Sequence record: MW749006.1
DNA length: 64,000 bases
Reading direction: 5' to 3' (one strand)
The notes under the pieces were generated by a model. The model was not told where the DNA came from and ran no database searches. It saw only the letters and a program-made list of their open reading frames with translations. Of this stretch, positions 18,643-29,491 are shown piece by piece. Positions within the stretch are counted from its first letter, which is position 1, and each line of letters opens with the position of its first letter. Position numbers and translations under genes: made by a program.

Positions 18643-20355
18643 ATGTCAACTGAAAAAGTTGTTAAGAGTGAAGTAAGGTTTGCTTGGCATTTACCTAAGA
18701 ACGACTATCGTCCTGACTTACATTACATTCGAGAGGATTTGACGTACGCAGATGGTTTTGTTAAACCTAACATACGACTAGTGAAAGACTACGAACGTCC
18801 AGTGTGGGTAACTACACAAGCTTTCAGAGACCATAAAGATAAGAAAGAGTATGAGTACATTGATCGGTTAAACATCATTAGAACTACACAGTCAGATATG
18901 ACTTCTAATGTTGCTAAATTATTAGGTCAAGGACATTTAGCTAACAACCCTAAAGCTGTTAAAGATAGTCCTTATGTATATGGATTAGATGTTACTTCTA
19001 CTTCGTTAATTAAGTTAGCTAGTTTGAAACGTAACGACTACACACATACACCTTCAACTGTAGCTACCTTTGATATTGAAACTCAGATTGGTCACAACGG
19101 TGAGATCCTTATGGCTACTATAGCTATGAAGGGAAAGACTCACACTGCAATCATGAAGAGTTTCTTACCAGGTATACCTGACCCTGAAGCTCGCATCAAG
19201 AAAGCATTCAAATATTACTTACCTCAGTATGAAGACTTAAACACTATGTTTAGTTTTCATGACGATGAGATTAGTATGTTGAGACATATCTTTCGTATAG
19301 CTAACGAATGGTCTCCAGTATTCTTAGCTATCTGGAATATGGACTTTGATATTCCTAAAGTGTTAGAACGAATTAAAGCTAAGAACGGTAATCAAGCTGA
19401 GATCATTTGTGATCCAAACATTCCAGCTTACGCTAGAACTTGTAGATATCGTCAAGGTCCTTCTAAAAAGACAACTCAGTCAGGAAAGGTCACACCCATT
19501 CACCCAGCGCTTCGCTGGCACACTCTTACAACTAGCTCTACTTTCTATGTAATCGACGCCATGTGCGTCTACAGACAGCTTAGAATGGCTGATGCTGCTT
19601 TACCTAGCTATAGTTTAGATTATGTTCTCACTAACGTACTAGGAACAGGTAAACTTAAGTTCACAGAAGCAGATGCTTACGGTGGTGCTAAGTGGCATAC
19701 TTTTATGCAAGAGAACTATCCGGTAGAATATATCGTATATAACATCTATGACTGTTTAAGTATGTTGGAGTTAGAAGAGAAGACTGGTGATCTAAGTAAG
19801 TCACTTCCTTTCTTTGCTGAGATTACAGACTTTCAAAAGTTCAATAGTCAAGTGCGTAAAGTAACAGATGCTGCTTTCTTGTTTGGTCTAGAACATAACC
19901 GAGTAATTGGCACTGTTGGTAATGTCGATTACGACGAAGCGGAGGAAGTTGAGTTACCTGAAGAAGAAGATCTCTTAGGTGAAGACGGTGAATATGATCC
20001 TGAGAAGTTTAAGACTTTAGACTTACGAGATTGGATTCAGCTATTACCACAAAACCAATTGTTGAAAGGTGGTCTTAAGTGTTTAGAAGACTACCCTGAC
20101 GTAGTAACTAACGTTAGAGGTATTACCTGTGACTTAGATGCTACTTCTTCTTATCCTTCGTGTACGTTAGTTGGTAACGTATCTAAAGAGACTTGTGTAG
20201 ATGAGTTGATTGAGATTGAAGGTATTAGAGAGAACGTGTTCAGGGAACAAAACTTAAGCATTTGTTTAGGTGGAGTTAATACCTTAGAATACTTTAATAA
20301 AATGTTTGGCTTACCTACACTAGAAGAGATAGATAAGCTATTTGAAACTATGTAG
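18643..20355 (+). CDS. Split family-B DNA polymerase, 3'-5' exonuclease plus motif A subunit (phiKZ gp82-like)
   Basis: ExoI FDIET, ExoII WNMDFD, ExoIII YNIYD, and polymerase motif A DLDATSSYPS. Confidence 0.8.
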   Translation: MSTEKVVKSEVRFAWHLPKNDYRPDLHYIREDLTYADGFVKPNIRLVKDYERPVWVTTQAFRDHKDKKEYEYIDRLNIIRTTQSDMTSNVAKLLGQGHLANNPKAVKDSPYVYGLDVTSTSLIKLASLKRNDYTHTPSTVATFDIETQIGHNGEILMATIAMKGKTHTAIMKSFLPGIPDPEARIKKAFKYYLPQYEDLNTMFSFHDDEISMLRHIFRIANEWSPVFLAIWNMDFDIPKVLERIKAKNGNQAEIICDPNIPAYARTCRYRQGPSKKTTQSGKVTPIHPALRWHTLTTSSTFYVIDAMCVYRQLRMADAALPSYSLDYVLTNVLGTGKLKFTEADAYGGAKWHTFMQENYPVEYIVYNIYDCLSMLELEEKTGDLSKSLPFFAEITDFQKFNSQVRKVTDAAFLFGLEHNRVIGTVGNVDYDEAEEVELPEEEDLLGEDGEYDPEKFKTLDLRDWIQLLPQNQLLKGGLKCLEDYPDVVTNVRGITCDLDATSSYPSCTLVGNVSKETCVDELIEIEGIRENVFREQNLSICLGGVNTLEYFNKMFGLPTLEEIDKLFETM

Positions 20356-20364
20356 AGGTGTGTT

Positions 20365-20856
20365 ATGGGTATCTATGTAATATCTGCCTTCCCTGGTTTA
20401 GGGAAAACCTACGCTACGCAAAAGTTAGTGGAAGAAGGATTCAATGTTAGTGACTCAGATAGTAGTCATTTTAATAAAGAACATTTCCCTGGTAACTATG
20501 TAGAACATATTAAGTCTAAGATACAAGACTATAGAGACATGAACACTAGCAGTGCTAAGTTCATTTTTGTATCTACTCATAAAGAAGTGAGGGATGCTTT
20601 AATAGAGAACGGTATTAAGTTTGTTATCTTCTACCCTGACGTTGGTTCTAAGGATGATATCTTTAAACGTTATGAGGAAAGAGGAAGTAACGAAGCTTTC
20701 ATTAAACATCTAGAAACTAATTACGACAGTTGGATAGAAGAAATTAAAGAAGATGTAGCTATTGAAAACAAATACCCTGTTACTAACGGAGTGTTTCTTT
20801 ACGATGTAGTTCGATCTACTTTCATTGACAACGAGAGTGTATCTGGATTAGTGTAG
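20365..20856 (+). CDS. Small P-loop protein (nucleotide-kinase-like)
   Basis: N-terminal Walker A VISAFPGLGKT. Confidence 0.6.
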   Translation: MGIYVISAFPGLGKTYATQKLVEEGFNVSDSDSSHFNKEHFPGNYVEHIKSKIQDYRDMNTSSAKFIFVSTHKEVRDALIENGIKFVIFYPDVGSKDDIFKRYEERGSNEAFIKHLETNYDSWIEEIKEDVAIENKYPVTNGVFLYDVVRSTFIDNESVSGLV

Positions 20857-20957
20857 TATCTTGTGGACATTCTAGTTACTAACGGTCGCTACACTCTAGA
20901 GTTGTACCGAGTACATAACTGTTGGCTTTCGGTTAATGTACGGGCTATCTCCTGTTT

Positions 20958-20994
20958 GGTCGCCAGTAGGGTTTCCTACTGGTGGCCATTTTTT
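20958..20994 (+). terminator. Intrinsic terminator
   Basis: ggtcgccagtagg-gttt-cctactggtggcc plus atttttt. Confidence 0.65.
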
Positions 20995-21017
20995 GAATTA
21001 CATCTTTAGGAGCTGTC

Positions 21018-22352
21018 ATGCGACACATCTCTCTTGAACTCATTGACTATCAGAATAGTGACTCTTTTCCTGATCAGCTAACTTCATTAATAGAAGAAGC
21101 TCTTTCAGATATAGACAATAAGAAATATAAAACCAACGAAGAACTATTAAAGAAATCTAAACACGTTAGTAACATCATTAGACTGATTAAGAAACGTTTC
21201 AATATGAACATTGTTTTTGATCCGACGTTATCTAACTTTATGCCTGCTGCAATTATTCCTTTTGAATCTGATTACTTAACTTCAGGTGATCAATTTAACG
21301 GTATATCTAAATCTGACTTTATGAGTATGTTTCAGGGTAGAGGTTTATACAAACATATTCGTAATGTAGAAATAGAAAGAAAAACTCTTCGTAAATCTTT
21401 ACATGATAAAACTGGGTACATTAATCTTAAAGGCGCTAGATTAGGTGGATACCTTTCAGAGGCTAAACACTACCTTATCATTAACTTCTTTAGTCTTAAG
21501 ATGTTAGGTATGTCAGCAAGAGAAATAACTGCTGTTATTCTCCATGAAGTAGGTCATGCTTTTACTGGTTTAGAAACACACCATCGGTTAAGTACTACAA
21601 ACTCCACTATCATGGATATAATGGATAAGCTAAACAAACATCAAATAGATGAAGCAGAGTACCTTTACAAACATCACTTCACTGCTGAAGACGTTAAAGA
21701 CGCTGAACATCATAACAACGATCCTATAGTTAACTTCTATGGTAAGTTAGCTCGCAGTTATGTTAAGGAATTAGATTCACAGTTACTTGATGGTAAGTAT
21801 GATGAAACTAACTTTGAGAATTTAGCTGATAGTTTTGCAGGTAGATTTAATCTTAGTGATGCTCTTGTAACTGGTTTAGATAAGTTACATTCAAGACACG
21901 GGAATACTTACAGTGGTAATAGTGGTAGAATGATTTACTTTACTGCTCTTTTACTCAATGTGTTTATTTTGTTATTCCTGTTAGCATCTCAGATGTATAT
22001 GTCCTTTACCTTTCTTATGTTGGTTGCTGTTCTGTTCTTTGGAACTAAAGATAGTATACTTACCTATGATAATCCTAAAGAACGTTACAACCGCATTCGT
22101 AATGGTATCACCAACAACCTCAAGAACACTGAACTACCAGATGACATGGTTAAGATGTTATTAGAACAGTGGGTTAAAATAACTGAGATTTTAGATGCAG
22201 TGATTAACAACAAGATCTTACCTGAGGTTATAGCTGATTCATTTATACCTAGTAACAGATCTATAACTAAGAACATTGAAGTTCAACAGTTAGTAGAGAA
22301 TAGTCTCAACAACATCCTTTTCGTTAAATCTGCCCAAGTACGGGTATCTTAA
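21018..22352 (+). CDS. Putative virion protein with zincin HExxH motif and hydrophobic helices
   Basis: VILHEVGH, downstream ENLADSFA, and hydrophobic segment IYFTALLLNVFILLFLLASQMYMSFTFLMLVAVLFF. Confidence 0.6.
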   Translation: MRHISLELIDYQNSDSFPDQLTSLIEEALSDIDNKKYKTNEELLKKSKHVSNIIRLIKKRFNMNIVFDPTLSNFMPAAIIPFESDYLTSGDQFNGISKSDFMSMFQGRGLYKHIRNVEIERKTLRKSLHDKTGYINLKGARLGGYLSEAKHYLIINFFSLKMLGMSAREITAVILHEVGHAFTGLETHHRLSTTNSTIMDIMDKLNKHQIDEAEYLYKHHFTAEDVKDAEHHNNDPIVNFYGKLARSYVKELDSQLLDGKYDETNFENLADSFAGRFNLSDALVTGLDKLHSRHGNTYSGNSGRMIYFTALLLNVFILLFLLASQMYMSFTFLMLVAVLFFGTKDSILTYDNPKERYNRIRNGITNNLKNTELPDDMVKMLLEQWVKITEILDAVINNKILPEVIADSFIPSNRSITKNIEVQQLVENSLNNILFVKSAQVRVS

Positions 22353-22366
22353 TCTGGAGTATCAAA

Positions 22367-22822
22367 ATGGCTACATTACCTAAAGAACTTACAAACAAAC
22401 TCTATAGCTTCCAGCAACGTAAACTTACTTCAGGTGAGACTGTTCTATTAGCTAAAGCTTTAACTGACGCTATAGATCTACCTTCACCAAAAATTGAAAG
22501 TGTTAAACAATACATCATTGGAAAGAAAACTCTGATTAATAACGTAATGGATGTGTTGTGTAAATACGTTTACGGTGACAGTGATTTAGAAGATCAACTC
22601 ACTAACCTAATGTCTGGGTTTATGAGCTGGCGTGTAAGTGTTGCATATCGTCCTAGTCGTGTTATCTTCAGTGGTGACAGTAACAACGTAGTTGATGACT
22701 TAACTACTATGTTACGTTATGTTGATTGTGCACGTTTAGCTACTATCGGTGATAACATCGAAAACGCTAACCTTACGTTCTCTATTTTTGCTGATGTCAT
22801 TGACTGTGTTAAGAGAGGTTGA
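22367..22822 (+). CDS. Hypothetical (probable virion) protein
   Basis: 151-aa ORF with SD GGAG in the structural operon. Confidence 0.65.
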   Translation: MATLPKELTNKLYSFQQRKLTSGETVLLAKALTDAIDLPSPKIESVKQYIIGKKTLINNVMDVLCKYVYGDSDLEDQLTNLMSGFMSWRVSVAYRPSRVIFSGDSNNVVDDLTTMLRYVDCARLATIGDNIENANLTFSIFADVIDCVKRG

Positions 22823-22824
22823 GT

Positions 22825-23961
22825 ATGAGCTTATCTGATCATTTAGATGACATAATGGATGACGTTTTACCTAACGGTGAAATCTCTACCGAATCACTAG
22901 ACGTGAAGCGAGTGACTATGGATATCATTCGTGATAGTTCAAAGACTAGAACTGTTGTTAAACTAGATAAGAACTTCTCTAAGAAACTTAACATGTTATA
23001 CGACACCATTCGAATCAAAGCTTCTTTAGAAAATCAGGAAGTTCTTGATTACAATATGGCTCTAGAAGCTATGGCTGGTATGGATGATCCCGTAACCATA
23101 CGTGCTAAGCTAACCAAGACCCCGTCACGCCTCAATAAAGCTTTAGTAGTATCTGAGTTAGAGTCTACGTCAGATGTACTTCCTGCGGAGTACGAGGAGC
23201 GTCTGTACGAGCTATGGCAGCTATATGAAGAGACTAAGGAAGATCGTTCTGACCTGAAGAGTTCTTTACAACAGCTAATGGCTCATTACGTAACTGAGAT
23301 GGATCGTTTAGTTGATTATCCTCCTATGGTTATTTGTAACGGAGAAAGTTTTAATCTATACACTCACCCGCTAGTAAACATTATTGGTATTGATGATACT
23401 AAATTAATGTACGATAAGTACAGCGGTGTGTTAGTTAAGAAATTTGAATGGTTGCATACTAGTGATGATTTAGCTTCTTTGTTACGTTCCGGAGACACTA
23501 ACACTTTAGATGTTTCATCTGAAGCTGAGAAGGACATTGATTTAGATGTTACTGAAGAAGAAGAAAACATTGCTTCTAAGTTAGCCTCTAAAATTGATAT
23601 GACAGAAGACCCTGAAGTAGTCACGGAAGATCACAATGCAAATCCAGTAACGCTTGTTAAAGTTGAAAGTAAAAGTTTAGAAAGTATAGTTCAAGAAGTA
23701 CATAGTTCTATGTATATTCTACTAGAAAGTCTTAATGAAGTAGCTAACTGTGAAGATCGAGTTAATTGTTTAGTTAAAGCTATTCAGACTAACAAGGAAG
23801 ATAAACAACCAACTAGTTTAACTAGTGAAGTTCATTTCACTGTAAACCAACTTCCTAATTCCTATAAGCAACTTACACACATAGCTGATGTATGTGATCT
23901 GTTAGCTACTAAGGATAATCCGTTTGACATTCTATTGGAATTACTAAAGTTTATAGACTAA
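22825..23961 (+). CDS. Putative head protein
   Basis: S/A-x-E processing-like motifs (ISTES, ASLEN, ALEAMA); ATG 22825 with SD GAGG. Confidence 0.6.
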   Translation: MSLSDHLDDIMDDVLPNGEISTESLDVKRVTMDIIRDSSKTRTVVKLDKNFSKKLNMLYDTIRIKASLENQEVLDYNMALEAMAGMDDPVTIRAKLTKTPSRLNKALVVSELESTSDVLPAEYEERLYELWQLYEETKEDRSDLKSSLQQLMAHYVTEMDRLVDYPPMVICNGESFNLYTHPLVNIIGIDDTKLMYDKYSGVLVKKFEWLHTSDDLASLLRSGDTNTLDVSSEAEKDIDLDVTEEEENIASKLASKIDMTEDPEVVTEDHNANPVTLVKVESKSLESIVQEVHSSMYILLESLNEVANCEDRVNCLVKAIQTNKEDKQPTSLTSEVHFTVNQLPNSYKQLTHIADVCDLLATKDNPFDILLELLKFID

Positions 23962-23967
23962 GTATAA

Positions 23968-24004
23968 AAACATCCACCTAGCTATTACGGCTAGGTGGAT
24001 GTTT
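23968..24004. terminator. Bidirectional hairpin between convergent genes
   Basis: aaacatccacctagct-atta-cggctaggtggatgttt. Confidence 0.65.
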
Positions 24005-24006
24005 AC

Positions 24007-26883
24007 TTACACGAGTTGGAACGTAATGTTAATGTCGTCTACCAGGTTATAACCACCTGGTTCTATTACTAGTTTCTTTCTAAGACTTAGTCGTCCGTTG
24101 TTATCTAGAAGTTCTATGTACTCTGAATTGGTTTCAGTAAACTTACTAATAGACACACTTTCAACAAACTCCTTTAGTTCTCCATAGAGAAGTTCTAGTA
24201 GTTCTGTCTTCTTCAAGATAGTAGAGTTGTACAAATACTGATCAGTTGCTTTCACAACAATACTAGTAATGTCATCTCGAATGTCTTTATCAGAGTAAAC
24301 TCTCTCAGTTACAAACACTTCTACGTTTAATGTTTGACTAGAAGGGATAGTTGTAATACCACCATCTCGTCTTACTGTAACGTAGTCTAGGTTCTTAGGA
24401 ACAACCACAAAGGCTTCTGTGTTCTCTAACAACTGAGATTGTATTTCATTAGCACCGTTAACTATCTTATCGGTAATATAGTTTCTTACCATATTCTTAT
24501 ATTCTACAACTTCTTTATTATTAGCTAATACTAACTTATGATCCACCACCATCAAGTTAAAATAACGCTCTAATTCTAGTTCCTTTACTTTAGTTGGTTT
24601 ACCATTTTCATCTAAGATGAAATCTCCTTTAAGGAATTGGTATATAGGATTACCTTCTGCATCTAGAACGATATCATTTTTATAATGTATAATTGCATTA
24701 CTGTTATCATACACGTCATGTTTATATCGCATAGGTAGATGTTCAGTGTAAGTAGCGTATTGATCTAAACCAACGCTGGTGTGTACACGAGTAAACAATC
24801 TCTCTAGATGAGATCCAAAGTACAGATCTAATTCCTCTAAACTAACTACAGCGTTACTAGCTGCTAAATAAGTACCTTGAACGTATTGATCTAACTCACT
24901 ACCTATAAATCCATCTGGAATGTAATTAGTCAAGTAGATTAATTCTATCTTAGATTCTAATCCAATATGAAGATCTATAAGGTTACCAGAGCTATCTCGG
25001 AAGTTCCTTACACGTATCTTGTTGTTCTTATCTATATAGTAGTTGGAGTCTAAATCAAAACGATATACTGGAGTAGTATCACTCTGTGCTGCTAGATTAC
25101 CTTCTAAATAGAAACGTGTTCTATCACCATCAGTGTAGACTAGGTAAGGAGTAATGTTAGTTGCATTCAACTCTTCACTATACTTCTTAAAGTTAACTAA
25201 GACATCTAAACGAAATCCGTTAACAAACTTATACAAGTTAGTAGTAGTAGTGTTTATCCCTACTCGTGTAGTTGGATTGTAAGACTTAAAGTTAATACGC
25301 ATTACTTCAGAAGCACTAATATCATAAGCTCTTAACTCAGTACGATCTTCAGTAGTATCTAACACGTAGTGATAAAAGGTAGACACATAACTCTTAGTGT
25401 TCATTTCCATAGTTAACAAAGAACTAGAGAGTGAATTCAACCTGTCTACTTCAAGAGTATCTAATAGATACAAACCGTTTGGTGTAATGTTAAACACAGT
25501 ACCTTCAGGAATAATAACGATGTCGTCACTAACACCGACTATACCGTTTTTACCTTTTAACAAATCACTCACCGGAGTTCTGTACTCAATAATGTCTAAG
25601 TTGAACTTAGTTAGAATATAACGAGAAGCAGGTTCCGGTATAGGACACTCTAGTAGGAAAGTTCTATTGGTAACTATGTCAACATCTTTAATGATTCTAA
25701 AGTTGTTCTTGGAAGTATAGAACTCCATCTGCTTGTTTGTAATTGGAATACCACGATCACCAACACTGTTACTGATTACGTTGTTCTTGAGTTCTTCAAA
25801 ACCCATAGCAGCTTTACCACCAACCACCGAACCACGAATGTAAACTACTTTGTTTATCAACTGTAAAGGAGCAGTATCTCCATCTAACTCTAAGTCAGGG
25901 AAGATATCCCCATACTCTACAGAGAAATCACTAACAATGTACTCTGAGAAGTTTACGTTAATAGGTCCTTTAGTTGTGTAGATTACAAACTTTACTTTAC
26001 TACCTAACTTATTACCGTTAATATAAACAGGAGGGATAAAGTATTCTATAGAGTTCTTATTCTTAATAACCTTAACAACACAAGTCGGTGTTTCAATATC
26101 ATAAACTTGTTCTGTATGAGTAACCAACATCTCATTCCACTTACCGTCTTTCATGTGGTAAGCACGGAAGTAATGGAATTCTCTATTAGGTTTAAAGGTT
26201 AAGTAGTTCTTAAACAGTTTAGATTTCTCTACCGGAATCTCTACAGCTTCCACATCTACTTCAGGTAGTCTAAGTTCAAACGTTAAGTAAGTCTCATCGT
26301 TATCTACTTTGAAAGTGTTGAAGTTAATGTAGTTAGTTCCTTGATCAAACATAACGTCTGTAGCTACTATATCAAACTTAACGTCCATGATACCTGTTTC
26401 AGTTAAACGAATAATAACTGCTGTAGGTATTAGGAAAACATAGTCATCAATAGTAACTTTACTGTTACGTGGTATCTTTAGAACATAGTCACCAGAACGA
26501 GGATCAAAGTTAGCCTTCTCTTTGAAGTCGTTAATAAGGATATTAAAATGTACGTTAGTGTATGCTGGTTCTGCAAATCTACCTAAGTAATCAAAATCTG
26601 ACATATGTAGATATAGATCTTCTTCAGTATTAGCTAAACGAGGATATAACTTACGAGTTAACAAAGTGTGTTCTTGTATAGCAAAAGCTGTATTCAAAGA
26701 ACTAGTTTCTAGTAAGTAGATGAATGGGTTACTAGGATCAACGATTTCTACTTTACCATCTAACATGTCTTGTAGACGGTTAAGACTTTTATTTAGAATA
26801 CCGTTTGGGTGATGTTTGTATAGTCTCAAGTCTTGTAATTCTTTCTTGATATCTATACCTTTACTTGGTTGTATATCTGACAT
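24007..26883 (-). CDS. Putative baseplate wedge protein (phiKZ gp87-like)
   Basis: ~958 aa from ATG 26883 (SD GGAG). The N-terminus DPSNPFIYLLE...KLYPRLA resembles wedge proteins; minus-strand position in the structural block. Confidence 0.55.
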   Translation of the reverse strand: MSDIQPSKGIDIKKELQDLRLYKHHPNGILNKSLNRLQDMLDGKVEIVDPSNPFIYLLETSSLNTAFAIQEHTLLTRKLYPRLANTEEDLYLHMSDFDYLGRFAEPAYTNVHFNILINDFKEKANFDPRSGDYVLKIPRNSKVTIDDYVFLIPTAVIIRLTETGIMDVKFDIVATDVMFDQGTNYINFNTFKVDNDETYLTFELRLPEVDVEAVEIPVEKSKLFKNYLTFKPNREFHYFRAYHMKDGKWNEMLVTHTEQVYDIETPTCVVKVIKNKNSIEYFIPPVYINGNKLGSKVKFVIYTTKGPINVNFSEYIVSDFSVEYGDIFPDLELDGDTAPLQLINKVVYIRGSVVGGKAAMGFEELKNNVISNSVGDRGIPITNKQMEFYTSKNNFRIIKDVDIVTNRTFLLECPIPEPASRYILTKFNLDIIEYRTPVSDLLKGKNGIVGVSDDIVIIPEGTVFNITPNGLYLLDTLEVDRLNSLSSSLLTMEMNTKSYVSTFYHYVLDTTEDRTELRAYDISASEVMRINFKSYNPTTRVGINTTTTNLYKFVNGFRLDVLVNFKKYSEELNATNITPYLVYTDGDRTRFYLEGNLAAQSDTTPVYRFDLDSNYYIDKNNKIRVRNFRDSSGNLIDLHIGLESKIELIYLTNYIPDGFIGSELDQYVQGTYLAASNAVVSLEELDLYFGSHLERLFTRVHTSVGLDQYATYTEHLPMRYKHDVYDNSNAIIHYKNDIVLDAEGNPIYQFLKGDFILDENGKPTKVKELELERYFNLMVVDHKLVLANNKEVVEYKNMVRNYITDKIVNGANEIQSQLLENTEAFVVVPKNLDYVTVRRDGGITTIPSSQTLNVEVFVTERVYSDKDIRDDITSIVVKATDQYLYNSTILKKTELLELLYGELKEFVESVSISKFTETNSEYIELLDNNGRLSLRKKLVIEPGGYNLVDDINITFQLV

Positions 26884-26968
26884 GTTCTTCTCCGAAAACA
26901 TTAAACGTTTGTAGGATATAATCTTTAAATACAGGAGTGACAATTAGAAGGAGTATACGGACATTTTA

Positions 26969-28180
26969 CTACCCTTTAAAACGGTTAGAATCAGTCCAGA
27001 GCTCTAATTCATTTGTAACAAGATTTATATAAGGATAGCATCTGTGGTTAAGACTTATACCTGCTGAGCCTACATCATACATATCTCCACCCATAGCCAC
27101 ACTGTGAGGAACCTTGACATAAGAAGATCCATGAACTCTATGTAACATAGTCTCACTTTCACGAGCTACTGCTTCTTGGTTAAGGTTATTGAAGTCTGAC
27201 TTTAGGATAGCTCTCATGTTAGGATTAAAGATAGCCATGGTCTGGTTGAACTTGAGTTTAAGTATATCTTCGAACGCAATGAAACCAAAACTTCTGAAGC
27301 GAATACTAATTTCTTCGTTCTTAGTGTTGTACGGTGTGTCTGTTGAGAAGTCGAAGATACTACCGGTTGGTACGTTCAATGGAAAACTAGCACCAGTTGA
27401 TCCTATGTAAGTAACATACTTCTTATTCTGATCTAATATCAATCTGTAGATACGAGTGTTGTAATCTATCTCGTTTTCAGTAATCATATCTAGATAGGGA
27501 TTTAAAACACCTTCAAACACTAAGGTTGCATACTTAACCCACACATGGAAGAAGTATATAAGAGGATTACCTTTGAAGTTCTTGAAAGAAACGTCTAAGT
27601 CAAAACTCTCATAGTGGTTAGTTACTCCATCTACGAAACCAGACTCTTGACCGTACAATCCAGTTTCAGTTGTATATGTAGGCACAGAGATATCTGGCCA
27701 TCCACTTACACTAGTAACGTTGTTAGTTAGTAATGGGATGAATGGATTGAGTGGGTCTACAAACGGAGATGTAGCTCCTTGTTCTTTGCTACTAACAATT
27801 CTTGGATCTAACATTAACCTTGTGTACTTCTGATAACTCATATCGTTATCAGTCATCATACTGTAGAATCCTCTGTAGTTAGAGAGATTCATTTTAGTTA
27901 GGTTAAGTTGAGGACGTGTAAAGAAAGTGAAGCCATACATATCTTTACTACGAGGAACTGGGTTACCTGTTTGTTTGTGATTAATACCGTAGAGATTGTT
28001 ACCGATAGCTTTAGCTATACTACCTACTGGTAGATTCTCTAAGTACTGATCTACACTTGCATCTAGAACTATCTCTTGTGGTTTTGTACCAGCTGTTGCT
28101 TGTTGTGGTCGTCCAGTAACGGGGTCAGCACTACCCCCGTTAGCACCTCCACCGCCTATACCTGTAGGTTTATTACTCAT
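26969..28180 (-). CDS. Putative baseplate/tube-initiator virion protein (phiKZ gp88-like)
   Basis: 403 aa; FFTRPQLNL and SVSGWPD motifs of tube-like proteins; synteny. Confidence 0.5.
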   Translation of the reverse strand: MSNKPTGIGGGGANGGSADPVTGRPQQATAGTKPQEIVLDASVDQYLENLPVGSIAKAIGNNLYGINHKQTGNPVPRSKDMYGFTFFTRPQLNLTKMNLSNYRGFYSMMTDNDMSYQKYTRLMLDPRIVSSKEQGATSPFVDPLNPFIPLLTNNVTSVSGWPDISVPTYTTETGLYGQESGFVDGVTNHYESFDLDVSFKNFKGNPLIYFFHVWVKYATLVFEGVLNPYLDMITENEIDYNTRIYRLILDQNKKYVTYIGSTGASFPLNVPTGSIFDFSTDTPYNTKNEEISIRFRSFGFIAFEDILKLKFNQTMAIFNPNMRAILKSDFNNLNQEAVARESETMLHRVHGSSYVKVPHSVAMGGDMYDVGSAGISLNHRCYPYINLVTNELELWTDSNRFKG

Positions 28181-28289
28181 GTTGTTTACCTCTACCTAAC
28201 AATGTAGGTTTAATTTACTCAAAATAGTATGACCACCCGATGACAACTGTGTTTTTATTTGAAAACATCATCTTTAAAGGAACTTTATA

Positions 28290-29480
28290 ATGGCTACAGT
28301 AAACTCTTCAGGGAACACTAGCTTCCTAACTCACATCAGAAACGCTATAGTGACCTACAAGGGAACTGTAGGTGATCCTGTATCTATTGCTGACGTATCT
28401 AAGATCGCTCGTGTAGAACCTATCACCTTAGTGTCTTCTGACCTAGCTGGTATCAAAGACTTATACCACGTCATGCACGGTATTTTAAACATCTATGCTG
28501 CTTATTATCTGCAAGCTGTTAGTATTCTTTCTGCTGAACTAATTGATATTCGTATCCTTAAGATCTTAGATAAGACTAACCCTGACCGTGACCTTAAGAC
28601 TTTCTTAGCTGCTGGCTATCATGCTCTAGAGTCAGCTGGTGTACAGATTGACGGTAACGTTCGTGAACACTTACGCACTATTAGTTTAGAAGGTTGTGAG
28701 TTTGGTTTACCTATGCTCAAATCTGATAAAGAGAATGGTTTAAATATAGCTAGTGAGTCTTTCATTAATGAGAATGACGAACATGCGTTATCTACTTCTA
28801 TCTCTAAGTTAGAAACATTTGAGAAAGTTGGTTATGCTGTTGGTAAAGTATTGAACGTTAACTTTAAGTTAGACTCATTACAGAACGATCGTGAAAGTGC
28901 TCGTGAAGTTAGTATGCCTGTAGTGATTCGTTTGGACACTATGATCTTACCTAATGACATTATCCGTAGTTTGTCTACTGCTAACTCTGAAGAGATTACT
29001 ATTGGTAGTCGTTTCAAAGATGCTTTAGCTGGTCGTATTGGTTTCATTAAAGACTTTATTCTTGCTAGTGATTTAATTAAGTCACAGAAGAAGTCAATGA
29101 TTAAAGATCCAACTGGCTACTACAGTAACATGTTGAAACGTATTAACAACTCACGTATCTATTCTGCGTTGTCTGGTAACATCTCTTTAGCTGGTGTATC
29201 TAGCATCATGATTATGTCTGAAGACGATGAAGCTGAGATCCAACGTAAGATTGGTGGTAAGTTAACTAACAAAGCAACTCGTGATATGGTGTTTAATAAC
29301 ACTAGTATGATGATGATTGTTGTGATTAGTCAGTCATGGGAACGTGTATCTATTTACGTTCGTGATATTGATGGTTTCTCACAGAACAGCTTCAATGACT
29401 TCCGTCAGATGAATGACAATGATTCTTCGATTTCTGATGTACTTAAAGCCTTCCAACTTAACCAAGCACCATCGTTCTAA
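28290..29480 (+). CDS. Inner-head/inner-body protein (phiKZ gp89-like)
   Basis: 396 aa; ALES, SLEG and ASES processing-like motifs; synteny. Confidence 0.55.
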   Translation: MATVNSSGNTSFLTHIRNAIVTYKGTVGDPVSIADVSKIARVEPITLVSSDLAGIKDLYHVMHGILNIYAAYYLQAVSILSAELIDIRILKILDKTNPDRDLKTFLAAGYHALESAGVQIDGNVREHLRTISLEGCEFGLPMLKSDKENGLNIASESFINENDEHALSTSISKLETFEKVGYAVGKVLNVNFKLDSLQNDRESAREVSMPVVIRLDTMILPNDIIRSLSTANSEEITIGSRFKDALAGRIGFIKDFILASDLIKSQKKSMIKDPTGYYSNMLKRINNSRIYSALSGNISLAGVSSIMIMSEDDEAEIQRKIGGKLTNKATRDMVFNNTSMMMIVVISQSWERVSIYVRDIDGFSQNSFNDFRQMNDNDSSISDVLKAFQLNQAPSF

Positions 29481-29491
29481 GGAGTTTAGAA

